A DNA stretch of 56,624 nt, counting the filler, from Sphacelaria rigidula (Eukaryota): the NCBI GenBank assembly GCA_964200075.2. It is 5 parts of 5 records of this genome, joined end to end, with 100 filler letters (N's around TTAATTAATTAA, not from the genome) between each part and the next. Parts side by side here need not be neighbours in the genome. Positions count along the whole stretch, not along the records: positions 22,693 to 33,937 come from CAXNAA020005177.1; positions 34,038 to 45,281 come from CAXNAA020005178.1; 3 more parts are not named here. One strand, written 5' to 3'. This document shows positions 23,766 through 36,442 of the stretch, one piece after another. Within the stretch, counting starts at the first letter, position 1; each line of letters begins with the position of its first letter. A program made the translations under genes and the position numbers. The notes under the pieces were generated by a model that saw nothing but the letters and a program-made list of their open reading frames with translations, did no database searches and had not been told where the DNA came from.

Positions 23766-24104
23766 CAATTTCGTGAAATTGGGAGTTCAGCGTGGACTAA
23801 GACTGAGTTTTATTGTTCGCTCCAACTTGGCCAATTCTTCACTTTGTATGAGCTTTTCTTTACCGGTAGTCACGGTCACTTTCCTGTGCTTACAGCTACT
23901 GCTTACTGTACACACTTACAGCTACCACTTACTGTACACACGTCGATATCCTACTCAGGGGTATCGAAGGCTTCAGTGACAAGAATTACGGAAAGTGTGT
24001 AGGGTCTCGCGGAGGGAAATTTCGGAACTGAAACATTTCATTCAATTCAATGATTGAGCGCACTTTCAATCGTATCCTGGGCTCTCAACGTCACGAGAAC
24101 ATTG
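23766..24104 (+). mobile_element. MITE family A copy (diverged)
   Basis: CAATTTCGTGAAATTGGGAGT ... GTCGATATCCTACTCAGGGG ... CTCTCAACGTCACGAGAACATTG. Confidence 0.65.
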
Positions 24105-25113
24105 CTGACCTCTTTTTTTCCCCCGTGTTATATGTTGTACCCCAACCTGCAGTCTTCGAGATCCGCACACAAATCGCAGTCGAAGGGTTAGAAAAATGAG
24201 AAAAAAAAGTCTACGCATTTCCCGCCTGGGGTGGTCAGATACTTCTTTATATATCTGTTGAATCGGCAAGAGGTGAGAAGAGCTGCCGTAACGTTCCTGA
24301 AGATTTTTTTGTTTCGTTACTTCTGGACGATCAAGTTGAGGTACTCGTGCGGGTAATTTTTGCCCAGGAAATACTCGTCGAGTCGATCAAACTCCGTAAT
24401 GCGAGAGAAATAATCGGCCACCTTCGACGGTTGCTACCGTCCTCCGGAAGTCTCACGACCTCCACACCACGCTGTATTCCAACTTATTGAATTCTAAGGG
24501 CTACCTTTTCAAGCTAGCCCATAGCCCACTGTTTTCTTCTTCGGTTTCTGATGAATTTCAAGACAAAGTCTCAACTTTGTGCCAATTGCAACTGCCCAGC
24601 CTTTCCTTCTTCTCATGATACACTCTACTTATACCGTTCTTTCAACGGGGGTACGCATACATACCACATCAAGCAGATCAACGAACACTGTACTGCGAAC
24701 TGTACTGTAGCCTCAAAGAAGTACTTCATCACGATTACTCGTCCTACGATATTTTAATATTTGCGGCGAACACGGAACGAGCGGATAGATTCCCCCTTTC
24801 GTTGAAAAATGCATTTTTTTTTTCACACAATGTATATTTTCTGCTTTTTGCTTTTTGAATTGTGACGAGGTCGGACAGATATCGGGATCTTCATTTCTAG
24901 CATCATCACCAAAAAATCAACCAATGCCAAAATCGCCCTGTCCTGTTCGCACCCCCCCTCCAACACAATAACCCGAACCCATCCAGGCTGCACAAGCAAG
25001 TAGCTCTCCCTCGACCGAGTGTTGAAGTAAAACCGAAACACCAACTATCTACAAGCTACAGCGCCTCCAGTACCACTACTTCCTTCGACCTCTCGTGTGA
25101 GACGGCGACAGAA

Positions 25114-28100
25114 ATGGCTCGGTACGCATCATGCACTTTCTTGACTGCAGCTGTGGCCGTCATGCTTAGCGCTGCCAGCGCTTTGGAAGTCGTCACTCCT
25201 GCTGCCGGTGACACGGTAGTTGCCGACACGTGAGTTGATTTTGAGGAACGGGGTCAGGTGTTGTCCGTTTCTTGACGGGAAACTGTACAGCTGATGCTGC
25301 CACCGCTACAGTAGCAACAGCGGCCATTGACTGGTGTTGGGCGTATTCGTTCATGCTACGGCATGATCACTGAAAGCAACTTTCTCATTGCGTTCTCCTC
25401 TCGTGTTCCTGGCAAGGCCCGCCGGGTGGTTCACTGTCCACCCACATTTCATCACTATTCGACGTCCCAGCTGAACAGTAGATTCAGAGGGGTTGGAAAG
25501 GGCCAGTAGCAGAAGTTACACAACGCAAGGTGACACACTCCCACCACCCATGCGCGTTAGCGTGGAGGACGGAGGACGAGGATTGCGGAGCATTCGACGC
25601 GATGCAGTTGTGACGAAAGGCGCCAGCCACTCTCGTGTGCTGTATTCGGTCTACATTTCAACTCTTGTGTTTCTCCAGTTGTGCATGTCTGGCTTCGGGC
25701 CTTGACGGGATCGAAAACGATCTAGTGGGGAGTGATGGCCGGGAACCTGTTTTTTTACGCCGGCCGGCTGCGGAGCCCTCCCTCCCTTCCCCGATCAACC
25801 AACAACCTGATCTCTCGCATTTCTTTTCTCGCTTGTCGTATCCCCGTTTTTTGCTGTCGCTAGTGCCTACACAGTGGAGTGGACCGGCACCGGCTCGAAT
25901 CAGCGCTTCGAAATCGATTTGTACTACTGCGGCAGCTACTGCGCGGAGGTATGTGAAGTCCGTATTTTCAGCGGGGTATCTCGTGTTGCACCACAACCAT
26001 GTATCGTTGTTCATGTGCACGTAATGTCCATGTCCTGGAGGTAATGCATGGAGTACAAGGAGTAAGAAATGTGACCCCGCCGGGAAGGAGCGCTGACGTG
26101 TACTGGCCCGACCCGCCTTTGCCCTGTACAGTGTGCACACATCTAGTCTACGATACAGCATGCGCGTGATTGTGTCATGACTGAAGCATTCTCATGTCAA
26201 CTTCATCCCCCGCACTCTGCTACCGCATTCCGCTGTCTTCACGGAGAAATTCCGAGACCAACTTGCAACTTCCCTAGTATGAGCGGTCATGTGGTGGAAA
26301 ACAAAGTGAGGTGAATCTTCTCGACCGTATTGTTGACTGTTGAACACCCGTCAGAGCAGTGCCGTTACAACGAGGGTCGATACTTGGGGGCTTGCCTCTT
26401 GAAGCACAAGAGGCCCTACAAATTCTCATGCTGTGGGGCACCCTCGCAGCTCATCGAGTACCAGCCATGTGTACGTTCGCCGATGCTTTTTTCCCCTGAA
26501 CCACTTAATGAGGCAACTTCGGATATTTTGAGGTGACATATCGCGAAAGGTCTACTGATGACCTGCGGGGTACCTTGCGACAGATCTTTCGACTCCTGCA
26601 AAACTTACTCTAGTTCACTTCGACTTGAAAGCGTTCATGGAACGCATGACGGCAGCATGGCGTCCATGGAACCCATGACGGCGGCCTTTCAGCGCCGAAG
26701 GTGTACATCTGTGCAATTCAAGCAAGACCTATGCCGACTTGACTTGTAGCACCCCTGGCGCCCGGAATATTAGCGGCAGGTCTTCGGTTGTTGGGATCTG
26801 ATATCTACGCCATTATCAGGGGATAACCATAGGTGACTAAATAGCACGCCCTGATGATCCAGGCTGCTGCTTCTGATCCGAAGGAGTGCCAACTTTTCTC
26901 ATCACTCACTGCGGCTTGACGAAGAGTCGTGTAGGGGCGTATCCCTATTCGGAAGAAGTTGCTCGCTCGCACGACACTGGCCTTGAACTTGACTTCAACG
27001 CAACGAGGGCCGACGGCTCCACGATCACCTACAGCATTGAAGTGACTGTATTCACTCATCTCACACTTTCGCCAACGCTCATTCCGCGTTGCGGGTAGTC
27101 CATCTGGATCACGCATACTTTTTCAATTGATGCCGATTGTATTTGACGTAACCCTTCACAGTACCTGAACAGTCAGTGCAGGACGCGTACACAACGCTCA
27201 TCAGTGTGGGTGCAAATAGGAATCCATGCAGAGTATGAAGCGGTGCCGATTTACCGACTGTGCTGATGAACTACTACGCGAATGATGCTGGATCCACCTG
27301 TCACTCACTCGTAGATGTGCTTAGCCCGGCAATCGGATATCGGGTAAGTTGCCCTGGTTGTCGTTCGATGTGTTTTTGCAAAGAAAACACACGGTGCTCA
27401 AAACAGCGCGCTCAAGTTACTGGTGGTCGCTGTCATCTGGCCCCACGAGTAAATGCAGTACCCCTTTTGAAAAGGGGGTGTCAACCCGTTTGGGACGGGA
27501 TGCGGAAGAGCATGCGACTTGCCCGCTGGGACCTTTCGTGATGTCATCACCATTTTCAGTCGTTTCCAAGTGAACATGATGCTGACGCCCCTGCGCACAG
27601 ATCACATGTTACTGGGAGCACGGTCCCGAGAGGGACTTGCTTTTTCGACTCTCGTGTAATGAGTACCTGACTGAAGAAGGAAGCTTGTTCATTACCTGAC
27701 CGATCTGGACAAGTACGATCGACTGAAAATAATGTAAAATGACCACACGAGGCTCAGAGGTGGCGGGACCCCCGATGAACGTTTGGGGCCGGTGTTACTG
27801 GATGATGGGGTGTGTTTTTTATTTTGGAATGTAAAACGGAAAATATTAATGGAATCTTCAGATCCTCGATGTCATGAGCTGTGTCAACCGGAAGAACCGA
27901 AGAAGATTCTTGATGACGAAGACTCTACTAGATATCCTACAAATGAGTTGAGATTGCACCTCGTGTGGTCATTGGAGTGTCGTCTGGGAGTGACCGGTCA
28001 TAAAAATCTTCGCTCTCACCTGGGAAATGGACGCCTCGCCTTTTTTTTGAGCAGACGACTAGGAAGTCAAGACGGGTGTTACACGTTTGTAAGAGAAACC

Positions 28101-30957
28101 AACATCTGTCCGGATTGGGAGTGGAGCGATGGAGATTGCCTGTAATGAGGCACGCCGGGGTTGGTTATTCAGACGGTAATATATATCCTCGGAACCAACC
28201 TGGCAACTGAAAGAAAGGATCTGACTTTTGTTGAACACACCGGGAAGGTGTCGCGTGTAGGTATGTGTGTTGTCGTGCGATCTATCCTGGGCGCCCGTAT
28301 ACACCATTGTACACGTGGAAGCACCAGCCGGGGTCACACAAGGTAAAGTTCAACACGGGAGAGCTATTTCCTTGTTTCTAGTACTTGACCTTCTGCGGTG
28401 GTCACCTGTGCTTTTCCTCGCGAGAGGGGTACAGCAGTCCCTTTCCCTCCTCGACCGTGAGATCGAATTCTGTGTACGCACGACATGGCTCTCCACTGTA
28501 GGGCTTGTTATGAGGAAGCATCCTTGATCGCTCCGAGATTTGAACCCACGACCCAACCGTTGAGAAGATTTGAGGTTATCGTCGGGATCAGGGTGAGGGT
28601 TCGAGTATCTCGATGATGAACTTCCGAAGAGTTTTTCACCTTGTCGAGTGATCAACTGACCTCACCACAACGGAGATGTATCCTCACTTTTGAAATTTCC
28701 TTCGGCTACTCGTACAAGACTTCGACAGCAACTTTCGGCAGGACGAACCCAACGCCCCACGAAGCCCACGTGACCTCTCGAATTTCATCAGTTGCATACA
28801 CTTGCCAATTTCGCGTTTAAGTGTACAACAGGAACCTCATGCACGCCATGATACAGCCGCTTACTCTCTGGCGTTCATGGTGCTGGATATGACCCATGGG
28901 CGCCAGATTTCTGAGGGTCAGCTGAGGAACAGCAGATCTTGATTGAGGAAATGGCTGGTGTAAGTAAACGTCGGAGATCGACAGCGAACCAACGCGTAAA
29001 TTCGAGTGTGAGCTACCCGTTTGGCGCACATGATCGAGCATCATAGGCTGCTCGCTTCATGGTGAACAAGATCCCTGTGGGTAACATTATAACCCTTCGA
29101 AAGTTTCCGCCCTCCTAGGAGAAAGCTGTCGAAGCGAGCTCGACACACGTTTGGATGACCTCGAACGGGTCCAGGATGTGTCCGTTTCTAGGTGACGGCA
29201 GTTTTCATCGTCGATGAAGCATTTTTGTCTCTGAGGGGTAGAGTACGCACAACAGATTTTCACCAAGTTTGACCGCACAGGGGACTACACTGAAGATTTC
29301 CGACATGAAGCCTGCCCCTCCCCCCCCTCCCCCATGGAAAGCATCTCTTCCTGAATTTTTATGGTTTTCTACCTCCTCTTCGTGGTGCTTGCTCTTTTTT
29401 TTCTCAAGGAGGGTTCAGCAGTCTCCGTCCCTCGTAAAGTGCTTGGCGTTGAACTTTGTACACCCATGACATGATCTCTTGACTGCTGGGTATTGTGCGA
29501 GAAAAAATCCTAGACTGGGTGGTATCGTTGATTGTCGAGAGATCGTCAAATTTGTGCGCAGGAGTACGATTGCCCCAATATTACGAGGCACCTGGACACA
29601 ACTCTGGCACATCGACATCGCTGATGACAATCGACCCTGTCCGCCCCACTGCACTGCGCCTGTTGAAAGGATGACTGTGGAGAGTGGGTGACGGCTCTTT
29701 GCCCGTACGGCAAAGACGGCTGCCCCGACAACATGGGCGACTACGATGTCGTCATGCCCGAGCCCATGCCAGATGCATCCTCGATGGGATACAAGGTGCG
29801 GGTTACGGACGTGGACGACGAGTCTAGCGCAGACTGCTCGGATCTCTTCTACCTCATGAAGTCCGAAGAGGCTCCGAAGGTGGATGACGGTGCGAGGGGG
29901 CCGGATCTATTCGTGACGTCTCCCGAGGAGGGCGACGTTGCCGTGGCTGGTGACGAGTACACCATCGAGGTCAGACTGTAGTAGGATTCACCAGAGCGCT
30001 CACCCTTGATTTGATGCTAACGTGATGATCGTTCAGTCTGGACCGACGATGGATAGGAGGATGGATGGAATCAATCAATTGCGCTGTGTATCGTATCACT
30101 TGCACCTGCTACTGCCGAAGATGAATCGATTCGGGTCATGCGCGGCCGTCAGTCACTGTGACGGTAGCCACCGCCGTCACCGCTGGTGGTTCTAAATGAC
30201 GTTCGTGTTTACTAAATTCGCGGCAAGTGCTCCAAGAAGCAAGATCCAACGTGACGAACATGCGAAACGTGAGAAATTCACGAACACTTGCGTGCTCGTC
30301 GTGATTGATCGTCCGATCTCTACCCCAGTTCGAGTACGATGACGGCATGGGCGGTAGCACCGACCGATTTGCGATCGACCTGTACAGGGCGGGTGGCGCT
30401 GGCGACTGCGGTACCTGGATCACCTCCATCTGCGACAAACCATCTATTGGCTGCAGGGATTCGAGTGAGTAAACCGTATCGTCACCAGTTTTTTCCGAGA
30501 TGTTGTCGCTTCTCTCGTAATTTTCGTGCCCGGGTTCTCAGCCTCCCCCGAGATGATCTTATTGTACACTTCCTATGAACTCATTCCTTCCCTCATCCAT
30601 TTGTAACGGATAAACTTGTACACAACCCTCGTGGCAGTCATTACGCTGGAGATGGATGGAAGTTGAACGTGAACGTGGTTCGAAGATGTCATCCACAGTA
30701 CGCATCTCGAGGTACATGCAGTTTCGTCGCTCGTGTAATAATCTCGAAGCACTCACCGACTCGATCCCCCTCTTCTGATCTTGGAACGAAAAACAGCCGG
30801 CGACTATGATGTTGTGATTCCGGATGACACCCCGGCGGGCCTTTACTCGGTGCGAGTGGGCAAGTTCTCGGATGAAGCGGTCTACGCGTGTTCTGGTGTG
30901 TTCGAGGTGGTGTCCAAGGACGGGGAGATCGACATGAGCGTGTCTTACTTCTTCTAG
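25114..30957 (+). CDS. Secreted acidic Cys-rich protein with two tandem Ig-like-looking domains (265 aa)
   Basis: Exons 25114-25229, 25864-25948, 29670-29969, 30329-30464 and 30797-30957. Phases 2/0/0/1 are all compatible, giving 798 nt from ATG to TAG. The N-terminus MARYASCTFLTAAVAVMLSAASA looks like a signal peptide. Internal repeat: P..GD..VA...YT.E...RF.IDLY...DCG.W.T..C...GC.D..GDYDVV.P...Y.VRV...CS..F. Confidence 0.9.
26300..28000 (+). mobile_element. Highly degenerate Gypsy-like pol remnant (RNase H/integrase), intronic
   Basis: Weak motif traces in the expected order: PSEQ..Y..LG...LKHKRPY, YFEVTYR, and YRVSCPGC (like the integrase zinc finger). Many stops and frameshifts. Confidence 0.3.
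28322..28580 (-). mobile_element. tRNA-derived SINE
   Basis: The reverse complement aligns with 53843-54150 (TGTGACCCCGGCTG tail, GGGACTGCTG.ACCCCTCTCGCGA body, box B GGGTTCAAATCTCGG). Confidence 0.75.
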
Positions 30958-33204
30958 TTTGGAGACGATCAGGCTGACTGTGGGGGTGCCTGGCTGAACT
31001 CACGAGGTCCTTGATCAGCCCATTTTTATGTTCTCGCATTATGGCGAAGGTGAAAAGTAATGTTGTGATATCGTGGTTGTCGCATCACAATGCCGGACGT
31101 GGGAGTCAACAATCCAGTTAGCCTCCATGTCGTTGGTGTGGGATGTTGTAGAAGTGTGAGACTCTCGTATTGGTGTTGAACCTTTGACTACATCAGTTGA
31201 CGACCTGTCCGTGTCTCGTTATTGCCATTTTTGTACTGTGTTTTCATGTTTGGTTCCTGTCGTCTTGGCGGCGTTGAAGGAGTGATGGTACCTTTACGCA
31301 TGTACCTACAACAGTATGGTGTGTAATCGGCGAATTCTCGCCTGGTATCTTGTGTTCCGAAAATCGCAGGATATTTTTTTTCGGCGTTTTTGTGTCTGTT
31401 TCATTGATGACTTGGCAGGCACACGTGAATATGGGGATTTTGTAAACAGGTCATTTTCACGCCGGAGGTCTTGTTCGGAAAATTGTGAACATTATAGTAG
31501 AAATATTTGGTAGACGTATATCTCTTCGGCGAATTTTGAGTTTTGTATCATAGAGAGGTCCCGCGTCTTTTTTGTTTTGTCATAATGTTGATTTTGTTTG
31601 GTTACATGAAAATGGTGGCGTGCTCTCATTGCCCGGTCCCTCTTGCCACTAGTGAAGACGTTCAAGTTTCGGAATTGTGGAGAGGCAGTGCGCGGCACTG
31701 GAGCTCTCCCGGTACTGTGTATTCCCAAAATAAAGTGCTACGCGAGTGGGTTGGATGACGACAAAAGGCTTTTCCTTTTGTTCTCTCATGGAATGATGAA
31801 CGAGGCCAGGGCATCTGGTCCTTTCACTCCGGAATTGAGTCGGATCCGACAGTTGCGAGCGGGACGACCCGGACAGGAAACAATCGACGTAACGTATTGA
31901 TGACATATATATACATGAAGCCCCTCCCGGCATATACCAGAAATAAATCAATATCTTCTTGCTGAGTAATGAACGTCTCGCGACGTGTCAGCTCTCGTCA
32001 AATGAACTCTCTGTTCTACGGTACGACGGTGGACACGAGGAAGGAGAGTGTATACAGGGTTATTTCTAAGAGTTGTCATGATCCGAACGTTGAAAATCCC
32101 ATCTCCCGAGAGGGGACCCGCGTCTCTCTGACGCAACATGAGCACCCGGGCGCGATATACACGAATCATTTCCGGGTCGGATGGGTTCGTGACTAGGGCT
32201 ATTCGAAATGAAGAGTACGAGAGCTTTCGGTCCATTTTGATGGATGTCCGTGACTTTCTCGTGTTGTCTCAATTCATTCTGGACGTCGTCTGCATCGTTC
32301 GAGCACATGCGAGCGCATCAGCGGGGATCATACAAGAGCAAGTACACAACAGTTTTCGAATTAAGTTTAGCACACTTTCCGCCAGGCTTGCCTCTCTATT
32401 TTACTGGAATGGGTCAGCAGTCTCCACCCCAGAGGACCACAGGGCGGAAGTATGTTTCACGATGAGTTGGGCATGAGATGGAAGCCAGAGCTCTGAGAGC
32501 AGAAGCCATGAAGCAACCATCCGACGGTTTCGGGCTCACTATCCGAGCCATTGAAGAGATCGGTTATTGTCTCTGCAGACGTCTCAAACCGGAAAACGTA
32601 GTACCTGGATTATGCTATTTCTCCCCACAGTTTGAACAGACGCTTGGGAGTCATCGTTGACTTACTCGTACAGGCTGACCGGTTTTCAAGGTCTCAGCCA
32701 GGTAAATACACGAAATCCCGTATCCTGGTGGTAAATGCCTTCTATCTGGGGCCCACTGCTGCACGTGACGCATACCTCTAAAACACGAGTCAGCGCCCGA
32801 GCCCCACGCTTGACGTGTCTGCTCTGTCCACTTTTTTCATTTAATTGATTCTGGTCTAGATTATGGCGCCGAAAATGAGGGCTTGTGAGGAAACCTTTTT
32901 TTGTAAGCCAAACAAATAGGTACACTCAGCCCACTGCGAGCGAAGGGTATTACACACTTTTTTGTCCTACTGATCCTTTATCTCTGACGTGGTGACTCCT
33001 TTCGTGCACACTTTGGACAAATGTCTCACGAAGTCCACCGCTCCAGCAATAGACACGAAAAAAATATCGATATATCATCGAACACGATACGAGGTGAAAC
33101 CCATCTGATATTGTAAGAGACAAAGAATGTTTCAACAGTCAATCGATGCCTGAGGTGACTATCTGCAGCAGAACAAGATCACTCGATATCGTCGGACAAA
33201 GACT

Positions 33205-33450
33205 GCCATCGATTCTGGGTCATGCATTTGTATATATCGATAGCCATTGCCGCGTGTTGATCAAAATGTCCGGTGAAATATCCATCGATCATCACTGCCG
33301 TCATCAATAGATATGGTGAGCGGTCCATCGATGGTCATTGCCGTCATCAACAGATGAGGTGAGCCATCTATCAGTATCTTCTGTTGTCGCCCATCAAAAT
33401 ATTTGATGAGCTGTCTATCGGTAGCCTCTGCCCCCAACAACGCACTTTTT
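33205..33450. repeat. Degenerate ~43-bp tandem array
   Basis: Units CCATCGATCATCACTGCCGTCATCAATAGATATGGTGAGCGGT and CCATCGATGGTCATTGCCGTCATCAACAGATGAGGTGAGCCAT, plus more diverged neighbours. Confidence 0.65.
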
Positions 33451-33937
33451 GGTGTCTACCAATAGTATGGGCAGTATCATTGAACGATTGTTCTCGGGAG
33501 CACCTGTCGACAGCCAGTGTCGCCAACGATGGAATTTATGTAAAGAAAATATTGCTCCCTGCAGCGGTCTCATAACATCAATAGCAATAATACCCCTCAA
33601 ACATGAATACGAAACGACCTGAGGCGATAGCTGGCCACTGCCTCTGTCGAATAGGGTGGAAACACGAAGCGAAATATGTGCATACATGTGGCTAGCGACC
33701 GACGCCATTCAGCTACTTTTTTCGTGGTCAGCAATAGACATAGTGGCGGCGATTCAGATGATATTGTGAACCTCAATACACACTGGTGGACTCAAGTGAT
33801 ATCCTATTGTGACTAACAATATGCATTGCTGGCCGCGTGGCGGATCCTATTGTCATTTTTTTTAGGGCAATGGCCTAGAAAAGGTATACCTTCTCGTTTT
33901 TTGCCTAAGAAAGGTACGAAAAATGGCCAGAAACGCG

Positions 33938-34037
33938 NNNNNNNNNNNNNNNNNNNNNNNNNNNNNNNNNNNNNNNNNNNNTTAATTAATTAANNNNNNN
34001 NNNNNNNNNNNNNNNNNNNNNNNNNNNNNNNNNNNNN
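33938..34037. other. Artificial contig-join spacer
   Basis: N44-TTAATTAATTAA-N44. Confidence 0.97.
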
Positions 34038-35426
34038 TGTGTCGTTGGGGATGTGGGTGGGGGTGGGGGGTGGGGGGTGCTGTGTGGTGGGGGGGGGCGA
34101 GGGGGGGGGGGGGGGGGGGGGGGGGCGAAATTGAAAACTAGACATGAGCCTTAGAGGGGTGCCCAAACAGATGGGTGAAGACAAATTGGTTCACAATTAT
34201 CAAGTAAACGCGATGCCGATTGTCTAGAGGCTGGTCCCGCAACTTGAGCAAAAAAAGCCTTCCGGCGCACATATGATGACAAACTCGAGAGCTACACGGG
34301 TAACAGCAGGTAGAATCCTTGCACTCTTCACGACCTTCCCCGGACTGCGCCGCCGCACACTCTACCCAACCGTCTGCGCATATAGAGGTTCTCAAGGTGC
34401 GAAATTTGTGAGACAAGATGTACACCTTGGCTTCGCCCCCCAAAATCTCAACAACGAATTTATAATAAAGTCAGCCGCATCTGTTCTTCAAGTGCTTTCA
34501 TCTATCAGAGGGTGCACTCTGCGTGACACGAACTTCGAACCACGTTCTCATCACACCGCGCGACTAAAGCTGAGCGTGTGAAGTCACCCTTTCAGCCCTT
34601 TCAGCCAATCGGCAACATCATTCATGAGTTGCCCTCCCCTCCCCCCCTCATCTCCACTCGCAATCAAGAGCAGTGTTGCAGCTCTTGCCGAGACAAGCGG
34701 GGGTTGGCCCTGCAGCTCTGCGCACGCCGTGGGTGGTGCGGGGTGAGGAAGAGCATATCGTTTCGGCTCGACATGGAGGTGGAGGCGTCAATTGCAGGAA
34801 TATTCTCTCCAGACAGACCCTGCGGGCAGCGCATCGGATGCACTACGAAGATAGTTTATTGCAGCCTTCTTCGAGAAAAACTAGACACGCGGAAAACTCA
34901 TAAATTTTCGTCTACACGCCAGCAAACCGGGCGGAAGCTGCCCCCCAAATTGCAGAGGTCACTGAATCTGATATTTTCGCTCTAGATTCGAAAGTCGGCA
35001 TCTTGAGTTTTCAGGAGAGGTGCGTTCCGCCAATACGAATGCGATCACGTTGGATATATGCATATTTCAACTATTTCTTCACTTACCAATTCTTGAGGAG
35101 ATTGCGAATCTTCTTCTCCGAAATGCAGCCACATGGACCCAACTCGGAGGAAAAAAAAACTGGTGTTGATCGTGAAAATGTTCGGTTCGTACTTGTCCCG
35201 ACGATTTTTTCTACTCCATCAATTTCATCGCATCTTTCCCATTAAGTGCAAGATTCAAATGTACAGTTTGTGCTCGCTCCCCACGACACACTCCAGTGGT
35301 CTGCGGGAATTTAAGGTTTCCTAGATCCCCTGGACGGAGCTCGCGAAAATTTCGTGATGGGACCATGAATGCCATCATTGGCCGTGTCGAACGCATGGCC
35401 GATGCATGAATACCGTTACACCTTTA

Positions 35427-36442
35427 CCCTCTTGGGACCGACCCCCCACCAACACAGGGTTGACCCTGTGTTCGTGAAATAATTAAAAATACGTCTTCGG
35501 GCGACCTGCCCAGTGACGGCGAGGCGAAATTTATCGACCAGATCCGAACGGAGTGTGATGCCACCGCAAAGATCGTGAGGGGGGTCATATCCCTGGCTCA
35601 GATAAGCCTTCTCAGGTTTTCAAGTGCAGGGTGATCTCAGCTTCGTTTTTTGGTATTACTTGTATTCAGTATAGCGTTCCCGAGATTTTCCGTTTTTTTC
35701 TTGGGTCGCCAGCCTGTACTAAAACGTAGTAATTACACAAACACAGGGTGAAGCGGGAAAAACCGGGAAGGAGTGCACATGCTACAATGTGGTCATTTTC
35801 ACGAGGCACTAAACCCAGGTGGATCGTGGAAGGACAAAAGGAGCTACCGTCATGAATTCCGCGTATCTCTGCCGATTACTTGCAGTGTGCAGTTAACATT
35901 TGTGTAGTGGGCGGGGATGAAGAAGCGGTATATAGGCAGTTGATCTCGGTAGCTGAGAATTGCCCAGAATGTGTAAGGGAGTATGCAGCGGCAGCTGCTG
36001 CTGCAGTCGGAGAGGCGTACTACACTATACTGTACTGTACTATACTATATGCATGCGCGCCGCAACGCTGATACCCTTCGAAGAGAATTTGCCGCATGTA
36101 ACAAAGAGAGAAATGGCGGCCCACCCCGTCCACCAAGGGCTGTGTGCCAAGGCGATGGGGACAATAATATCATCCAAAGCCACGAGTGGCGGGCGGCCCA
36201 CCGGTCGCCGCATCCTGTTGGAAGCTCTCTACCGAGACACACACTGCTTGCTGTATCACATGTACACTACCTAATGCGCACCGTGCACCTGAAAATAGAT
36301 TGGAAAAAACTTTTGGTCTTCGTCATAACCCTGCGGTTACATACGCGAATTTTCAGCAACACGCCACTGTTTTGTGCAGAGGCCAGACACATCATTCCTA
36401 ACCGGCCTCATTGGTCGTTCTGGAGGCCCGGTCCCAAAAGGG
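35427..36442. mobile_element. piggyBac-like non-autonomous TIR element (~1 kb)
   Basis: TIRs CCCTCTTGGGACCG ... CGGTCCCAAAAGGG (13/14). Flanks TTTA and TCAG would be a degenerate TTAA target site. No transposase. Confidence 0.55.

Noticed and set aside
33205..33450. Possible CRISPR-like array
   Set aside because: Units are similar along their whole length with no unique spacers, there are no cas genes, and the context is eukaryotic.
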